From positions 82,152,001-82,216,000 of the forward strand of contig OZ076409.1 of assembly GCA_964187785.1 (NCBI GenBank): a stretch of 64,000 bases of DNA. The letters are read 5' to 3'. Numbering within the stretch: the stretch's first letter is position 1; each line of letters starts with the position of its first letter. The position numbers and the translations under genes are program-made. The notes beneath the pieces were generated by a model, which saw nothing but the letters and a program-made list of their open reading frames with translations, was not told the origin of the DNA and made no database searches. This document shows, one piece after another, positions 13,256 through 27,333 of the stretch. The stretch comes from Amphiscolops sp. MND2022 (lineage: Eukaryota).

Positions 13256-14900
13256 TTACGAGCCTAAAGGTCCCTCTTTAAACCTTTTGGCACTTTGAGT
13301 GTAAGTACTCTGATCCATAGTGTCCATTTCTTGCGACAGGCACATAATAATCTCATTTGGTAATAATTCCATCGACTCAAGTAGCCTATCTTGCCGAAGA
13401 ATAGCGTTTTCACCACTAAAATCCCCAGTTTCGTTATCCTGTGGAAGAATTTCCTCTTTGGTGGAAAAAAGCCTCAGTGTCATTGTTACTGATGGAGCCT
13501 TTGATAGTATTTGCTATTTCCTTTTCAAGAGGATTTACATTTTTACTACCAAGCAATACGTCTATATTTTCAAAAACAGTCCGCATGTCCATCTCCCTAA
13601 ATCTCCTTGCTGTAGCCTTTTGTTTTCTTGTAAAATTCACACCTATCAACTGGGGAGAGGTACGTTCCTAAGGTGCAGGGTTACAGACCCGAAACTTCTG
13701 GGATACTCACGAATCCCGTTGGTGGTAAGAGGTTGCTTACTAGAGTAATTCGGGGAAAACCAATCCGCCGAAGTTACTCTAAGAAAACCCTATAAAGAAT
13801 GTACTCTGTCCACAGGGTTTTGGTATCCACTTGTTAAAATGCTCTTGCTACTCTTGACGGAAAATTACTTTAACTAAATCGACCGAGGGAGTCACTCTTG
13901 TCCTTAGGATTAAGTGCGTGGGTCTCAGATCACTATCAGACAAACACTCGGGTACTTTCACTAGATTTCTAGGTTTCCACACTCGGTATGCTACATAGGT
14001 TCCAAGATTACCACTGGGCTCACGGTTTTCAACCAGTCTCCGAAAAGACCTAAGCGGGCTTCGACTAAATGTGTTCTCTCGGACCAGATGTGAGTTTCCC
14101 AACCTTAGTTTTACTACAACGTTATTACAACTTTCGAACCCAATGCAAACGGGTTGCTTTTTGTGCAAGAGTCTTTGAAAGTTCCCCCGGTAGCTCAATG
14201 CTACGACCCAATGCTACTAGGTCACGGATAATGTTTAATTGAAAGAAGCGACTGCTTCAATTTTGCCTGGGACTGACTGGAGTCTCCTAGTATTTTCTGG
14301 GAAAACGTTCGATTTGAGCTAATAAGCTATTTATGAAAGAAGAGAGCGGGTCCTCTGCAAACGGACCAAATGCAATCCGTCTAACCTATCGCTTATAGAA
14401 AACTGTCAAAATTCGGCAAAAATTCAATTAGAGGGAAAATGCCTACACCTCCAATATCAAATCGATATACTAACACCACCAGTGAAAGGTGAGAGAGAGA
14501 GTGAGAGGAAAACAGTTAGGGAGTCTCGGATCCGCCTTGTGGGTATCGGTAGGGTGACATCTTGAAAAGGGTTATCGTCCGCTTCTGCTCTCAATTTTTT
14601 TGTGATCTTCAGGTCGAAAATATCTGGTTTTTATACTGCGTTCGCCGTATTTTTAGATCGGTTATCAGTCGCGTGTTGCATATCTTTTAGCTTCCAAGAC
14701 GGCCGTTGGTCCATTCTACTATTTTTGTCCCTGAAACTTTATCAATCGACATGAAGTTGCCATAATTGGCTGTATATAGACATTTTTTGAAACACTTATC
14801 GGTAGGGAAGATTTTGATTCCCGGAATGTGCTGACACGCATCCTTCAATGTGTCCGCCTAGGCGGACGGTTTCCGCCCGGTATCTTCCAACCTTTAACTG
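13256..14900 (-). mobile_element. Remnant of an LTR retrotransposon (LTR end, PBS, leader, truncated gag-like start)
   Basis: On the minus strand: TATAAAA (~14630), then ...cctttCA followed by a TGGTGGTGTTAG PBS-like motif (~14482), then a frameshifted charged ORF (13256-13649). Upstream boundary uncertain. Confidence 0.4.
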
Positions 14901-17825
14901 CATGCTCTATTTTTGGGCATCACATCTTATTTGGATCAATTTTGAAATTTTCATTGCGCAGAGAAGACGCTTCGCTTGAATTCATTCAGTTGCCGAGAAA
15001 ATTGGTAAGTTGAGATTAATTTTTGTTAGTTTTCATGGTTTGAATTTGAGAACCTCAACACAATCGGCACAGTTTGTCACGATCAAAGTTGTTCAGTACA
15101 TAAGCAATTAATATATCGCGACGTTCATTCTTGATATAAGTTTGAGTTATTGTCTCCGCAGATATTCATTTTGCCGTTATTAAGAACGCTTTCATCGAAA
15201 TCTAGTTAGTATTTTAATCTTATATTGTTCATGCAAATAGGTTATTCTATCAATCTCACATTTCTTGTAGAAGGCATTAAAGTGTGTACAAGAGGAAAAA
15301 TTAGTTGTTCTTGTAATTGGGTTGTATCAAAGTGTTCTTTCGAATACAATATCACACTTGTGACCGGGGGACTACCTGTCCCGGAAATAAGACCTCACAT
15401 TCCTGTGACAAACATAATTCTGATTTTATAGATTAGGATTTCTAAGAATAGCTTCTCTTCAGTCGTCAAGCTTCTAAATATAGACTTCAAGGGAATGTCG
15501 GCCTTTATTTGTTGAGCCTGCTTGGCTGCAGTGAAATAACTAGAATACATAAAGTGTACCTTCAAATATAATTACATGTATTTCATAATTAATATCATGC
15601 AGCCTTCATGTCCAAATACATTTGGTTGAGCAAACGTAAGGTAGGGGGTTTTCCACAACAAACAACACGCTATTTCCGAATACTGGTCCCGTTGACAGGG
15701 AGGAGTACTATCTGGAAAAAATGAATCACAACAAAAGCATAGCATCACTATTTTGAATTAGAAACAGGAAGGCCGAACTTGGCCGATCGTCCTACCTGTC
15801 CGTTACTCGATTTACACTTGGCCTCATTCGGCCTACATTCCAATTGATTAGTGTACAGCATCTTTCTTTAAAACAAAGCCGCAACCGGCTAACTACCATA
15901 ATCAACTGTTATAATATAGCGCTCAGGACGAATTTGGCCTTTATTCAACTAGAGTGAAACCGCTCGTGAAAGGTATTATAAATTGGAAGCACCTGGTTGG
16001 TCAATAATTATTTGCCTTGATGGTCCGCCGCGCCAAGCAAGAAAACATTTGAACACGTTTCTTAAGTTTGTACGCCTTGGTGTCCAATTTCCAACGTAAA
16101 TATATCACATGTACCAAATGATATAACAATAATCAAATCATGCGTATGATATTAAAAGTGACCAAAAGTTTTGAACTTGCTGTTAGGAAAATATCATCAG
16201 TTTGTCATCGATGGCTTTTATTCTAGTAGAATGGTCCCAAGAAATGCCCTGTAATAATTATTGGCTATCGAATACCAGATGCCATCACAGACGGCAGCCT
16301 GTGACATTGAGATGCAGATTTCTTTCGCACTTTGCGTTTCGATGAAATTCAGATATGTTTTCGAGGGTTAGAGTTTGTTGATATTTCTGAAATTAAATGA
16401 CTCTCATTGAGATACTTTCTGGAACTTTGGTTTTGATAAGAGTTTTCTCAAAAATTGTTCTCGACTTTTTAGACTCTTAAGAGTGGTGCCGACTTAGACC
16501 GTTTTCAGATTGCTTTTTATTGATGAGTATTATATGTACAAGCATGTACATGAAAGGTTTAATGTGTACAGCAAAATTCGCTGCATTTTCAAAGCCTTAT
16601 TAATTGTGTCGTGGTAAATTAAGGAAAGCCTTTGGAGAAAATAGGGAACATGAGCGTTAAGCACCTCTCAAGGCTTACAAAAGATTTTTGAACCAAAAGA
16701 AGAGGGTTGCTTTTGAAAGGTTTCTATCTTGAGTTGCAAAATAGAAAACTGAAACCAAGTGTTCTTGGGAGCTATTGAGAAGCTACAACCAGTAAGGGAA
16801 TACAATTCCAGTTGCGCAATCTGTGCTGTTTTTTCAAGAGGTCAAGTGTTGCCTAGAGTCCTAGCCCAGGCCGCATTAACTTTCACAAATCCAGTGAAAC
16901 CCTCAAAAACACTGATATTCATTGAAACTTTACACGTGAAGAAGTAATACGCTGTTTGGAGAAAATCTAGAGCGGTAAGTCAGCTCTGCCTGATAATGTT
17001 TTTCCATAAGATCTTCATTTTGCGAATGAATCTGTGGTTACCTTGATACCTGTTTCTCCAATATAATGTTTGAAAGAAGGGTTGTTCCTGACTAATGGGA
17101 GAGACGCCCAGTGAGAATACCGCCTCCCCAAATAAAAAGGAATTTTTTATACCCTAACGACTTTCAATTTGACCAGCTGATGATTATAACTGATGTGGAA
17201 GCTCTGAAAAATTGATGATGGCTTCGGTTTTCCATAGTTTTATCACTCGGTGCTCCAATACTGAAATTGATGTGAGTTTCTAAGTTTTAGTTTGAACGTC
17301 TTCGAGCGACAAAATAATATTCCATGGTTTCTTGTCCTTCTTGTTATAAAAATATCTACTAAGAGACACTGGCTTTAGATTATTTCATTCAATGGCATAC
17401 TAATTCATTCAACACTTTGATAAAGGATTCGTCATGGACCTAGTTGCTGATATTATGCAGAAAAGACGTTCGAGCGAAGCTTCTCAAATCCCCCACTTAA
17501 TATGTGCCTTCAATTTATTCTTTGAATCTAGTGACGATGTTTCGACTCATTGCACTAATGATATGCAACCAGTTTAGGATTTTGAGAGAACCCACAAACT
17601 GATTCATTAGGGATTTCCTTTTTACAGTCTTTTTGATTATAGATTATGATGCCTCTATAGCTTGGATGGTCAAAGTGTGTGACCGATTAGAGGTTCAATT
17701 GGTGTCGTCCATACCCACATGTGCATAACTCAACTATAAATTCTCAAAAATATAACTTTCAAAATAACTCGACTATCTCTATAATTACTACGCTATAAAC
17801 GTAATACTTTCGAAGTTAATTCTGT

Positions 17826-18495
17826 TCAGTATCATTCAGAACATGGCAAAAATTTTGAGAAACAACGTGGCGGGTGTTAATTTTTAGTCGGCGTCTTTTC
17901 CCTTCAGGAAAAAAGCCCGACTATTACAGTGGGTAGTTTTTTCAGCCTACAATCTCACTCTGAATGGTCCACTTTTCTTACAATTTTCACGAGTCATGAA
18001 TTCTTGCTTGCGAAGTACTTTTTCAAAAGCTTGCGAAGTATTTTTACGTCATCTAAGAAACTCAACGTGGCCAAAGGGTACTCCCTTAGAGTTTAGAGTA
18101 ATTTAGGCTCTGTGAGACTTTTTTTCGAAAAAAAAATTCACCAAAGGGTCCGCCCCTCTTTCAGTTTTTTCGGCATTGTGAGACATTTTTTCAATTTTTT
18201 TTCATAAAATGGTCCCCAATTAACCAATACTTTGACATTTTGAAGTCCTTTTGCTATTTGTGAGCCTTAGATATGGCGCCGACTTGGGACGTTCCCGGCT
18301 TGTTCCTTCACATCTAGAGTAGTGACAGAAAATGAAAATAAAACGACCTAATTCTTGATACAAATTTCATGCATGAAATCTGTATTGAGAATTATGTCTT
18401 TTTATTTTCGTTTTCTGTCACTACTCGAGATGTGAAAAAAATTAACCCCACCACGTTGTTCCTCAAAATTTTGCCATGTTCCAAATGATACTGAA
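17826..18495. repeat. Foldback palindrome interrupted by a dispersed repeat (17882-18305)
   Basis: 17826-17885 is the inverted copy of 18436-18495; 18308-18435 is a near-perfect hairpin centred on ATGCAT. Confidence 0.7.
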
Positions 18496-19608
18496 AAGAT
18501 TTACAGATCTGCTGAAAAAGTGTCCGAAAATTAGATGATGACTTGCCTTAAAAAATTTGCAGAAGATCGAGAATTTCATGTGAGAACATTTCATAAGTCA
18601 TATTTCATAAGTCACCAAACATCACAAAGTAATCGTAAAATATTTTTGCGGCATCGCTTGCAAGGTGAAAATAGCTTCCTATTGAAATTTCTGGGACTAA
18701 TTTTATCCTTCAAGGCATTTTGTAAAAGTGAACCAAGAAACTAAATCCAAAAACACGATTCTTGAAACCCGGCCAAACTGTCCGGAAAACTTACCATCCG
18801 GCACCTATGCATGCAAAGATGATGTTTCACAGAGCATGAAAAATCCAGCAGCCTTCGAACAAACACTTGCAAGGGTTAAAATGCAGCTTCCACCTAATTC
18901 AAGTTACACCTCGTTACCGAATCGACCACTTTTTCCACTATTTCACGTTTCGACTATCAGCATTCAATTTCAACGAGGGCTAATATATCGGTACGCTAAT
19001 GGGCAACTTATAAAGTGGCTGGAATTGCTCTCCATTAGATTGGCGGTAGAATCGCTAAGAATTTAGCTGCATTTAAAAGCAGAACTGAAAACAAAACAAT
19101 AAAACCAGTCAAAATTCACCGCTTGGAATTCCGCCAAATTTAGGATGCATCCGCCGGAATTTTAACGAACGTTAAATCGACAGTTAAATCCACATTTTTA
19201 AAAACAAATTTCAGCTCGTTTTTCCAAGGAAGCAACTTTCACAGGCAACATTTCCCAGAAGGACATCTGAAACCTTTGTTAATTAGCCTCAGCAATGATT
19301 TCAATTTTGAGGATTTGTCATCAAAATTTGATTAGCTTTTTTTTCTGAATTATAGTTTTCAGCACTGTGTCTCATTCCCATTTGATTTTTGAAACCAGTC
19401 TTTCGGCTTTATACCAGAAAACGGCATTTCCGACATTTCCAAGAACTCTAATATTCATCACCTAATTGTAACAGTCCTTGCATTATCTTTACAAAACGTA
19501 AAGTGTAAACTTATACATCCAGGTTAAATTTCTCCAAAGTTTTGGTTACAATTAATTTCAAAATGAACCCTTTAAAATTTAGTTTTTCCAAAAATGTGGT
19601 TGTTTCAG

Positions 19609-19676
19609 CAAACGCGGACATCTGCGAGTTCAGCATCGTGGTGTACCAGATTGGACCAGTTTCGGAAGCCACAATG
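19609..19676 (+). CDS. Cys-loop channel coding exon 2
   Basis: Acceptor tgtttcAG, encodes (T)NADICEFSIVVYQIGPVSEATM (beta1/loop 2), donor GTGAGA; phases 1/0 join exons 1 and 3 in frame. Confidence 0.85.
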
Positions 19677-19841
19677 GTGAGATTCACGGAAAGAAACACT
19701 ATGAAAAATGAATCACACTTGAAGCAAATTAATACCGCTTGAAACGTTTACCTCAGTGTTTTTATTGGAAAAGCTGCCACGGGATTTTTGTTAATATGGT
19801 TCGTGAATTGACCCTAAATGTGAAATGGAACTCTAGGTAAT

Positions 19842-19961
19842 TACGCTCATATAACATATGAAAGATTTTCTCCAACGATTGAGTAGTATGATACAGCTTT
19901 TAAAAATTGTATCATACTACTTAATCATAGGAGAAAATCTTTCATCTGTTATATGAGCGTA
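19842..19961. repeat. ~120-bp hairpin/palindrome
   Basis: tacgctcatataaca...gtatgataca is mirrored by tgtatcatac...tgttatatgagcgta. Confidence 0.75.
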
Positions 19962-21426
19962 CATGATGAAACTTCCAACCCAATATTGAAATACCCGATT
20001 TTGAAATGGGAACATTTGTATGAATGACAACATACGGTTCCATACATGAAACTTCATGGAATTCCATGGTGCATTAAATTCGAGTATCTGATTTTTTTTT
20101 CAGAATCGCCGGCTCCCTAGTCGAATCTGTCGGAATGTTTTCCATGCTGCATTCCTGGAGGCCAACTTTTAAAATGGAAATATGTGTTACGACTACCTAA
20201 CGAAGTGTTATTTGGAATCGGCGTTTTAGTTCTTATAGAAGTTGATGTAGGTGCATCGAAAATATTTTCGGGCTTTTCTGACTTCGAGTGTTCATGTTTG
20301 CGTTGAGACAAGAAGGAGTTTGAAAGAATTTGAATATCCAAGAGAAAATCATAATGATGAATCAACTAAACAAACATAAAATGATGCAGAAACGTCTAAT
20401 TAAGCATAAATAAGCACAATAAATAAAGTACTACATAAATACTGATGCAGCAGAGACATTTCGGTCAACAAATTTCACCCTTTGAAATGCCAATCAGAAC
20501 ATCGGGTATTGACATAAATACGGTATTGATTTGATTGACAATTTCGATTTCATAGAATACATACAGAGCACTATGAAAACATTAGTATAAACTTAATTCA
20601 AAAGAAAACATCCATTTTTATGAAGCTGCCTTTGCGGTGCATTTTATTTACTTGCAAAATTAGATCAAATGGCATGTTGAAAGATATTCATGCATAGTTC
20701 TAGAAAGATATTCCGGACAACGTAGGGTTAACGATCTCGCACAGCTGATTTTTTAACATTAGTTGAGGGAAAGGAAAATTTCTTCTTTTCCAAACTTTCA
20801 TCATAAAGCAACGGGGAAATTACATTAGCTTTATCGTACAATAAAGCTTTTGTCAGATAAGTTTCCATACACAAAACTGTTGCAATTCATCAATTTCTAG
20901 GAAACTATTGAATTGTGTTCAAGTCCCTAATTTCATAGCTTACAACTTTACAATCGCTCCGTAACGTCTCCGTGTGTATTAATATTAGCTAAAGATTTCT
21001 AGCGGTTGACGGAGGGATTACGGGAAGCTCAAAAATCATTCCAATTTTCTTACTAATGACGTCACAAAAATCATTCTAATTAGTTCATCACAGTAAATTT
21101 AATTGTAATCGGGTTCAAAGCGATACCAGCCGGGAGCGGCCTGTGACAATATGGAAAATTCAAGGACCCTGCATATATAAATTCTGTAGAGATTTCAAGC
21201 AGTTTTAAAAAATCTCAAAAGTATCCATGCACTTCTAAAAAAATTCCAGATTTGCTTGAAAAACAAAACGAAGCCGGAAAACAAAGACTCCGAGCGATAT
21301 CAAACCTCCAAATAATTTGGAAAACCTAATAAAACGCTTTCTCTTCATCTTGAAATCTACTGCACTTCAATTTTTTTTAACGTTTTGGACGATTTTAATA
21401 AAAAACTTTAAACTTGCGTTTTGCAG

Positions 21427-21616
21427 AGCCTGACAACGGACATGTATCTGAGACAGACGTGGAAGGATAAGCGAGTGACAGATGCCGTGGCTCCTCTCTT
21501 CGAGGAAATGCCAGCCTCTAATAAGAGCAGGTTCATCAGTCTCACCAAAGACATGGCTAACCAGCTGTGGAAACCCAATGTGTACTTCAAGGACGCCATC
21601 CAGGAAAAAACACCTC
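21427..21616 (+). CDS. Cys-loop channel coding exon 3
   Basis: ttgcAG|SLTTDMYLRQTWKDKR...QLWKPNVYF (loop D and WxP motif); donor C|GTATGT. Confidence 0.93.
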
Positions 21617-22427
21617 GTATGTAACTGCTTCATGTAACAACCACTATCAATGATCATGATCATGATCAGTTGCAGCTGTTCGAACTGAAAAATTCATCTG
21701 CGAGTTTGTCGAACGTGTAAAAGCTTTTCTGGTACTACTAAAAATGTAAGAACTTTCTATTTCTACTATTTCTCATTTCTACTTCTCTTAAGTATCTTAT
21801 TCAATAGTGGATAGATAAGGAGTTTGGTTTCTTATCTAAAGGGGACACAAAGTCACGGCTCCATATGTTGATATTCTTTCTAAGATCTTAAAACGCAGTT
21901 CAAGTGAACTTGTCAGTGAAGACTAGAAACGATAGCAGCAAAATCAAAAATCGTTGTGAATTTTTATTGAGGCTAGCCTTGTCTTCAAACTTTTTCTAAA
22001 AATTTTTATCTAAGCTTTCCGCCCATGTCATGAGACATCTACTAAAGTACTTCTGTTTCTTAGTCCTCACACTGAAAAAAATGGTTCTTTAGAGGGCTGC
22101 ACTTTCCGCCTATTATTCAAAGACAATCCAAAGGATTTTTGAAGAAACTGAAAGAGACCAAAGGGTTCACCTTTTGATTTTTCTGCCTGAGTGGGTTTTT
22201 CCCAAAACTTTCACATTTCATCAAAAGGGCTCGATTTGCTTGTTTCTATTGGGAGCTGGAAAAACTTTTTTTTGAGCAAAAAAGATAATCCCTGTGATTA
22301 TTTTCGGCCATGTTCGAATGTTTTCTGGAAATTTTTTATTTCACTAAATAGTTCCCATCCTTTGAGTTTTGACGATTTCAGTCTAAAAAGTATTCTATGG
22401 GCATAAAGTGTCTTCTTTTTATTTTAG

Positions 22428-22574
22428 AGGAAGTGTCTCAGAGTCAGTTTCTGAGGGTGTATGAGAACGGAAATATTCTGTCCTCAAAAAGGGTCCTTCT
22501 CACGACCCGGTGCGCAATCGGACTCAGATTCTTCCCTCTAGACCTGCAACTCTGTCCAATCTGCATCGAATCTT
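22428..22574 (+). CDS. Cys-loop channel coding exon 4 (Cys-loop)
   Basis: LRVYENGNILSSKR followed by C-AIGLRFFPLDLQL-C (C-x13-C with FPxD); acceptor ttttAG, donor T|GTAAGT. Confidence 0.95.
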
Positions 22575-24558
22575 GTAAGTTGGAACAAAATAGGTTGACT
22601 CACATAAATGGATTGATTCTCATCAATGCCATGCAGAGAAACTCCTATAATAAATAAGGTGATAATATCTTGCCAAATTCAGATTATTGGTTGTTCACTC
22701 AGTTTTCTCAGTCAAAGCTCAAAAGCTATTGTATATTTTAGCTCAAAATTCCACAACTTCATCTCCCTACAGACGAAGTTCTCATCTCTCTACAGACTTT
22801 TTCATCTCTATGAATAATACCTAGACCAACCAACTCAAATCAATGTTTGAAAAATTTCGAACTAAGCAAGTAGAGAAATAGTGTTTTCATATGAAGTACC
22901 TTAATTCTAGAAGTAGCATTTCAATATAGTAAACTTTTTGAAGGAAGAACTCAGAAACTCGGAAAAAAAGTGGTAGCGGAGCCACTAGTTTCGACCATTG
23001 GTGTTCTGAATGAATGCACGATTAGTTTTCTCTGGGAGGCGCTAAGACACTGACCACTGCGTAAAGTTGTCCCTGTTTATGCCTTTTGGTTATTGCTATA
23101 TCCAGTCAAATTGTCCTGGCTAAATTGTCTTTGTAAATCACCAGAAGACACTTTTCTAGTCTACTTCCCACCTCGCTTGATTTAGCCCAGTAGGTTTGCG
23201 GGAAATCTGTATCCCCTCAGGAACAATTGGTAACGCAAAGATATCTCACCGTTAGGGTCGATGGAGCAAGCTCTAGGCATGCATAGACAAATAAATCACT
23301 TTCTCCCAGTGATTTGCCATCTTCAGGGGATTTAGGAGTATTAGTTTCCATAGCTGCAGTAATCGCATCGCGGCACTTATTATGGTTTTTGAAATCCCTG
23401 GACAATAGGTTCAATCTCTAGACTTTAAGTGCTAATGGATCTACAAATTCCACTGATTAAGTAAAAAAGTAATGAACATACTCGTCAAAAAAGAAAGACC
23501 TTCGTTTTTTCTTTTCGGAAATTATTCAACAAGCCAAATATTTGTTTGCATGACGTGTGGGACCTGATGAAAAACTTTTTGTTTCTTTTTGCTAAAAGAC
23601 TTTAAAAATCTGATCACTTTGATGGCTCTTATAAACCAGCATAGGTCAAAAGGACTTTGTTATATCAATATTGTATTTTTTCTTGAAAAAAGCATGTGTA
23701 ATTTCCCAAGAGACCATGGTTAAAAATAATTAACGATATGCAATCCACAAACATTGGGTTACAGCAAAAATTCTGGAAGGGGTTCCGAAACAATTGAGCC
23801 AAAGTTCAACTTCTTTGTCACAAAAAATTGAGAAAGAAAGGATTACAGACAAATGTGAAGAAAAACGATTACGATTGTAGTACGATCAGGCCGCGATCAC
23901 GCTAAAATACTAGTAATGATCATGTCACTGTTAATATTACGAATGGCATGATGTCGTATTAATATAGTACTACGCAAAGTATGATGGTACATCTAACTAT
24001 AAGAAACAGGATACCATGATTCAGGTCGGTCGTATCAAAATAAAGCAACTTTTAGCTTCCTAGGTCTTCCATTAAGTACCCTAGTCGAACATGCCGGAAA
24101 GTGTTCCATGTGGCATCCATGCATGCATTCTGAAGTTTTGAAAAACATAGAAAGTACTGAAATCATACATGGAAAAATTTTGGAAAATTTCCATGCAACC
24201 TGCAAAATCCTCTGAGCAGATCCATGCACTTTTGAAAAAATATGGCTGCAGCCTAGATATTTTTTGGAAAGAATCCAGGCAATTTTAACGAAAAAATTCG
24301 GAAATAAAGGCTGAAAAGGCTGATTTGAGACCTTTTAAATTTAAGTTCTCCCTTCATCTAGCACTCATACTGAGCGGAGTAAAACTCTGAAAAATAGAGA
24401 AATACATTTGATCTGGAAACCTTAAAAAATTATTCGTCACTGAATAGAAAACAACGCAAATAAAACCATCAATCACATCACAAAAATTTTTTGAAATTAG
24501 TTCTGAGGTCCATCAAAAATCAAAATAAAAATTTCAAACTTCAGACTTACAAAGAGAC

Positions 24559-25110
24559 TGACAGTTTGCTCCTCCATCAACGACACCTGAGCTAGAGATG
24601 TTGCAACTAAGGCCTGACTCCCAAATCGATCAGGCATCTGCAATTGCAGGAGAGCACCACGATGACAGGTCTGAAATAGAAATAAAATTCTACAGAACAA
24701 TTGTCAGAGCCCAAAAGAAACCAAAAAAAGTCCAAAACCCCGATGATGATTTACAGGTCTCATGCAAACCAGAATGTGCTAATGGTATTTTGAAAAACGG
24801 GGACATACAGTCAACTTAAAAAGTGTTAGAGAACTCGAGTAAACACGGCATTTCAGAAACTTCAGACAATGGAATTTTTACCAAACTGACACCACAGAAA
24901 AGTTGAAGAAAAAACGTAGATATTACATCCTTTAACACATGGGAATCCAGCTTCGAGTTTCGGACACACTGACAGCTAGCTCCTCCATCAACGACACTTG
25001 AGCTGTTGCAACCAAGGACGAACTCCCAACTCGATCAGGCATCTCCAATTGCAGGAGAGCACTACGTTGACAGGGTCTGAAATAAAAACATAATTATACA
25101 AAACAACTGT
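24559..25110. repeat. ~150-bp diverged direct repeat (24559-24704 and 24969-25110)
   Basis: Both copies read ctgacag..gctcctccatcaacgacac...gatcaggcatct.caattgcaggagagcac...ctgaaata. Confidence 0.8.
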
Positions 25111-25117
25111 TTAAAAA

Positions 25118-25984
25118 AAGATCTAAAGTCAAAAAAGGTAATAAGATCTAAAAAGAATAAAATCTAAAATTTCAGGACGGGAATAAGATCTAAAGGGAAA
25201 GATCTAAATCTAATCTAAAGATCTAAGTTTTTATATTTTTATTATATTTTATTTTTATTAAAAAATTTTATTCATAAAATTTTTTTATATATATAATGTT
25301 TATATCATGTATATCTTTATAATTTTGTGGAACCTATTCAGCTTCAAGCGTGAACGACACCCTCTTCACCAATTTCCTACTCGCCCTCCTTTCAACAACG
25401 GGCCCAAGTATATAAATAAATATAATTTTCACCTACATGTAAACATTATACATTTTATATACTCCACATGATTTAATTATTGGGAGGGGGGAATAATATC
25501 TAAAGAATAATATATGAAATTGTGACATGCTCAACTTCGAGAAAGGGAATAAGATCAAAAATTTTGGATCTTATTCCTTTCAAATCTTATTTTTTAGAGA
25601 AGGGGAATAAGATCTAAATTATACTATCAACAATAATATATATAATTACAATAAAAACTAAGAATTATATTATTAGTTCATGTGCTTTACTTGGATTTAG
25701 ATGGCATGCATAAACAAACTGAAAGAAACTTCATAGTTATACATAATGAATATACATAAACAGTTTTTAAATAATATTGTTTACATATAATTATATAGCA
25801 ATTAAATATCATTTTTATATTTATACAATTAACAGTAAATATTAAGTAAATTTCCGGAAATCAACAAGTGCCTAAGATCGTATTTCCGGAAATCAACCAT
25901 TGCCAAAGATCTAATTTCCGTACCTCAACCAGCGCCTGAGATCTAAAGTGAAAAAAGGGAATAAGATCCAAGATTTACGACGGG
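25118..25984. repeat. AT-rich element with arrays of GGGAATAAGATCTAA motifs; resumes at ~30503-30560 after the BEL insertion
   Basis: Many direct and inverted aataagatc(t) copies on both sides of the LTR element. Confidence 0.55.
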
Positions 25985-27333
25985 TGTTCTGAATGGATTT
26001 TCATTTGAAAGTGATGAGTCATTGCTTCAAATCAACAAGTTCAAGTAATAGTCCAAAATGTAAAAAGATCATACCTGTATCTTAGTTGAATCTTTTCCCC
26101 CGCATTTTGTAAATATTTTCACGTGTGTCTTTTATTCTTTCCCGCATTATGTGTGTTTTAATTGTTAAACACAAGCTCTTCAAAAATATTACTCTTTTCT
26201 TTTCTTAAACTTTTTTGATTGATGGAGCGGCGTGGTCCGCCTTTGAAAAATTAGGGCTATCGGTGAGACACATTTTGGTCCGCCGACCCGGACATTCGAA
26301 CATTGCACTTTCGAAAAAAAACTACTTTTTGGAACTTTGTACCAAACGTTGTCCTTACAAAAGTAACACTTTGACTGTCAAGTAACTAATTACCAAGTAA
26401 TCAACCTGCAAACACTTCAACCTGTTAGTCTCAGCTTCATCCAGGATTGATCGGCATTCTCTGGTTAGCTCTTTCCATTTTACAACCCAAAAGGCTTTTT
26501 GTTTCTTGGACGGACAAAAAACTGTGAATTCTCCAAAAAAAATGTGCTTCGTTATCATTACTTGCTCAAAATTTCGGAAACAGATAAAGTCACCTTTTTA
26601 CGAAGTTTCTGATCGACCTTCAGCTTATCCAGCGAAATTTATTTAATTTCACTCATGATGAATGTTGTCGGTGCAAGTTCACTAAAACGAGCTTTACACA
26701 ACTTGGATTCTGATGACCGAAATACCCTTCAAAACAATATCACGGCCATTCCGTGCTTGAGTTTGAACCCTTATGCTCGTAGTGATACGCTCAAATTGTT
26801 TTTTCTACTTGATCATGGTATTCTTAACATTCGAACCAAATAATTATTTGGCATGACCTTTTGAACAACTCCTTGACTCCCCATAAATCAATTACCAATA
26901 CAGCTCTTACTTCAAAAGAACTAGCAACTGAATTGCTGAAACATAAATCACGTATAAGAGCCTTAATCCATTGTGAACGTATTGGTGCATGAATGATATT
27001 CCTCTTTTGAATGAATATTACCGACTTCATCTAGTAGCGGATATTGAATTAAAGTCTTTGTTTTTTGTTTTGGAGCACCGAAACAATCTTAAAGTTTTAT
27101 CTCAAAATACAAGAAGTCCCAGCAAGAAACCTTCTCAAAGGAAAAGAAGATTGAAGATGTTTCTAGAGCAGAGTGTACAGTCAACTTAACGTTAGAAGTT
27201 TTTTATTTCATCCTGTGATTTGAGTTCGGTGTGGTCACTGGACGATTAGCTAGTCGGTGGCTTATCCGACTTGACTTTGAGGATTATTTACTTCGTTTAT
27301 TGTTCGTCATAGTGTTGTATTGTAATCTGAAAA

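Noticed and set aside
14900..16450. Possible decayed env-like or viral coding region next to the LTR remnant
   Set aside because: Manual translation gave many stops and no recognisable motif.
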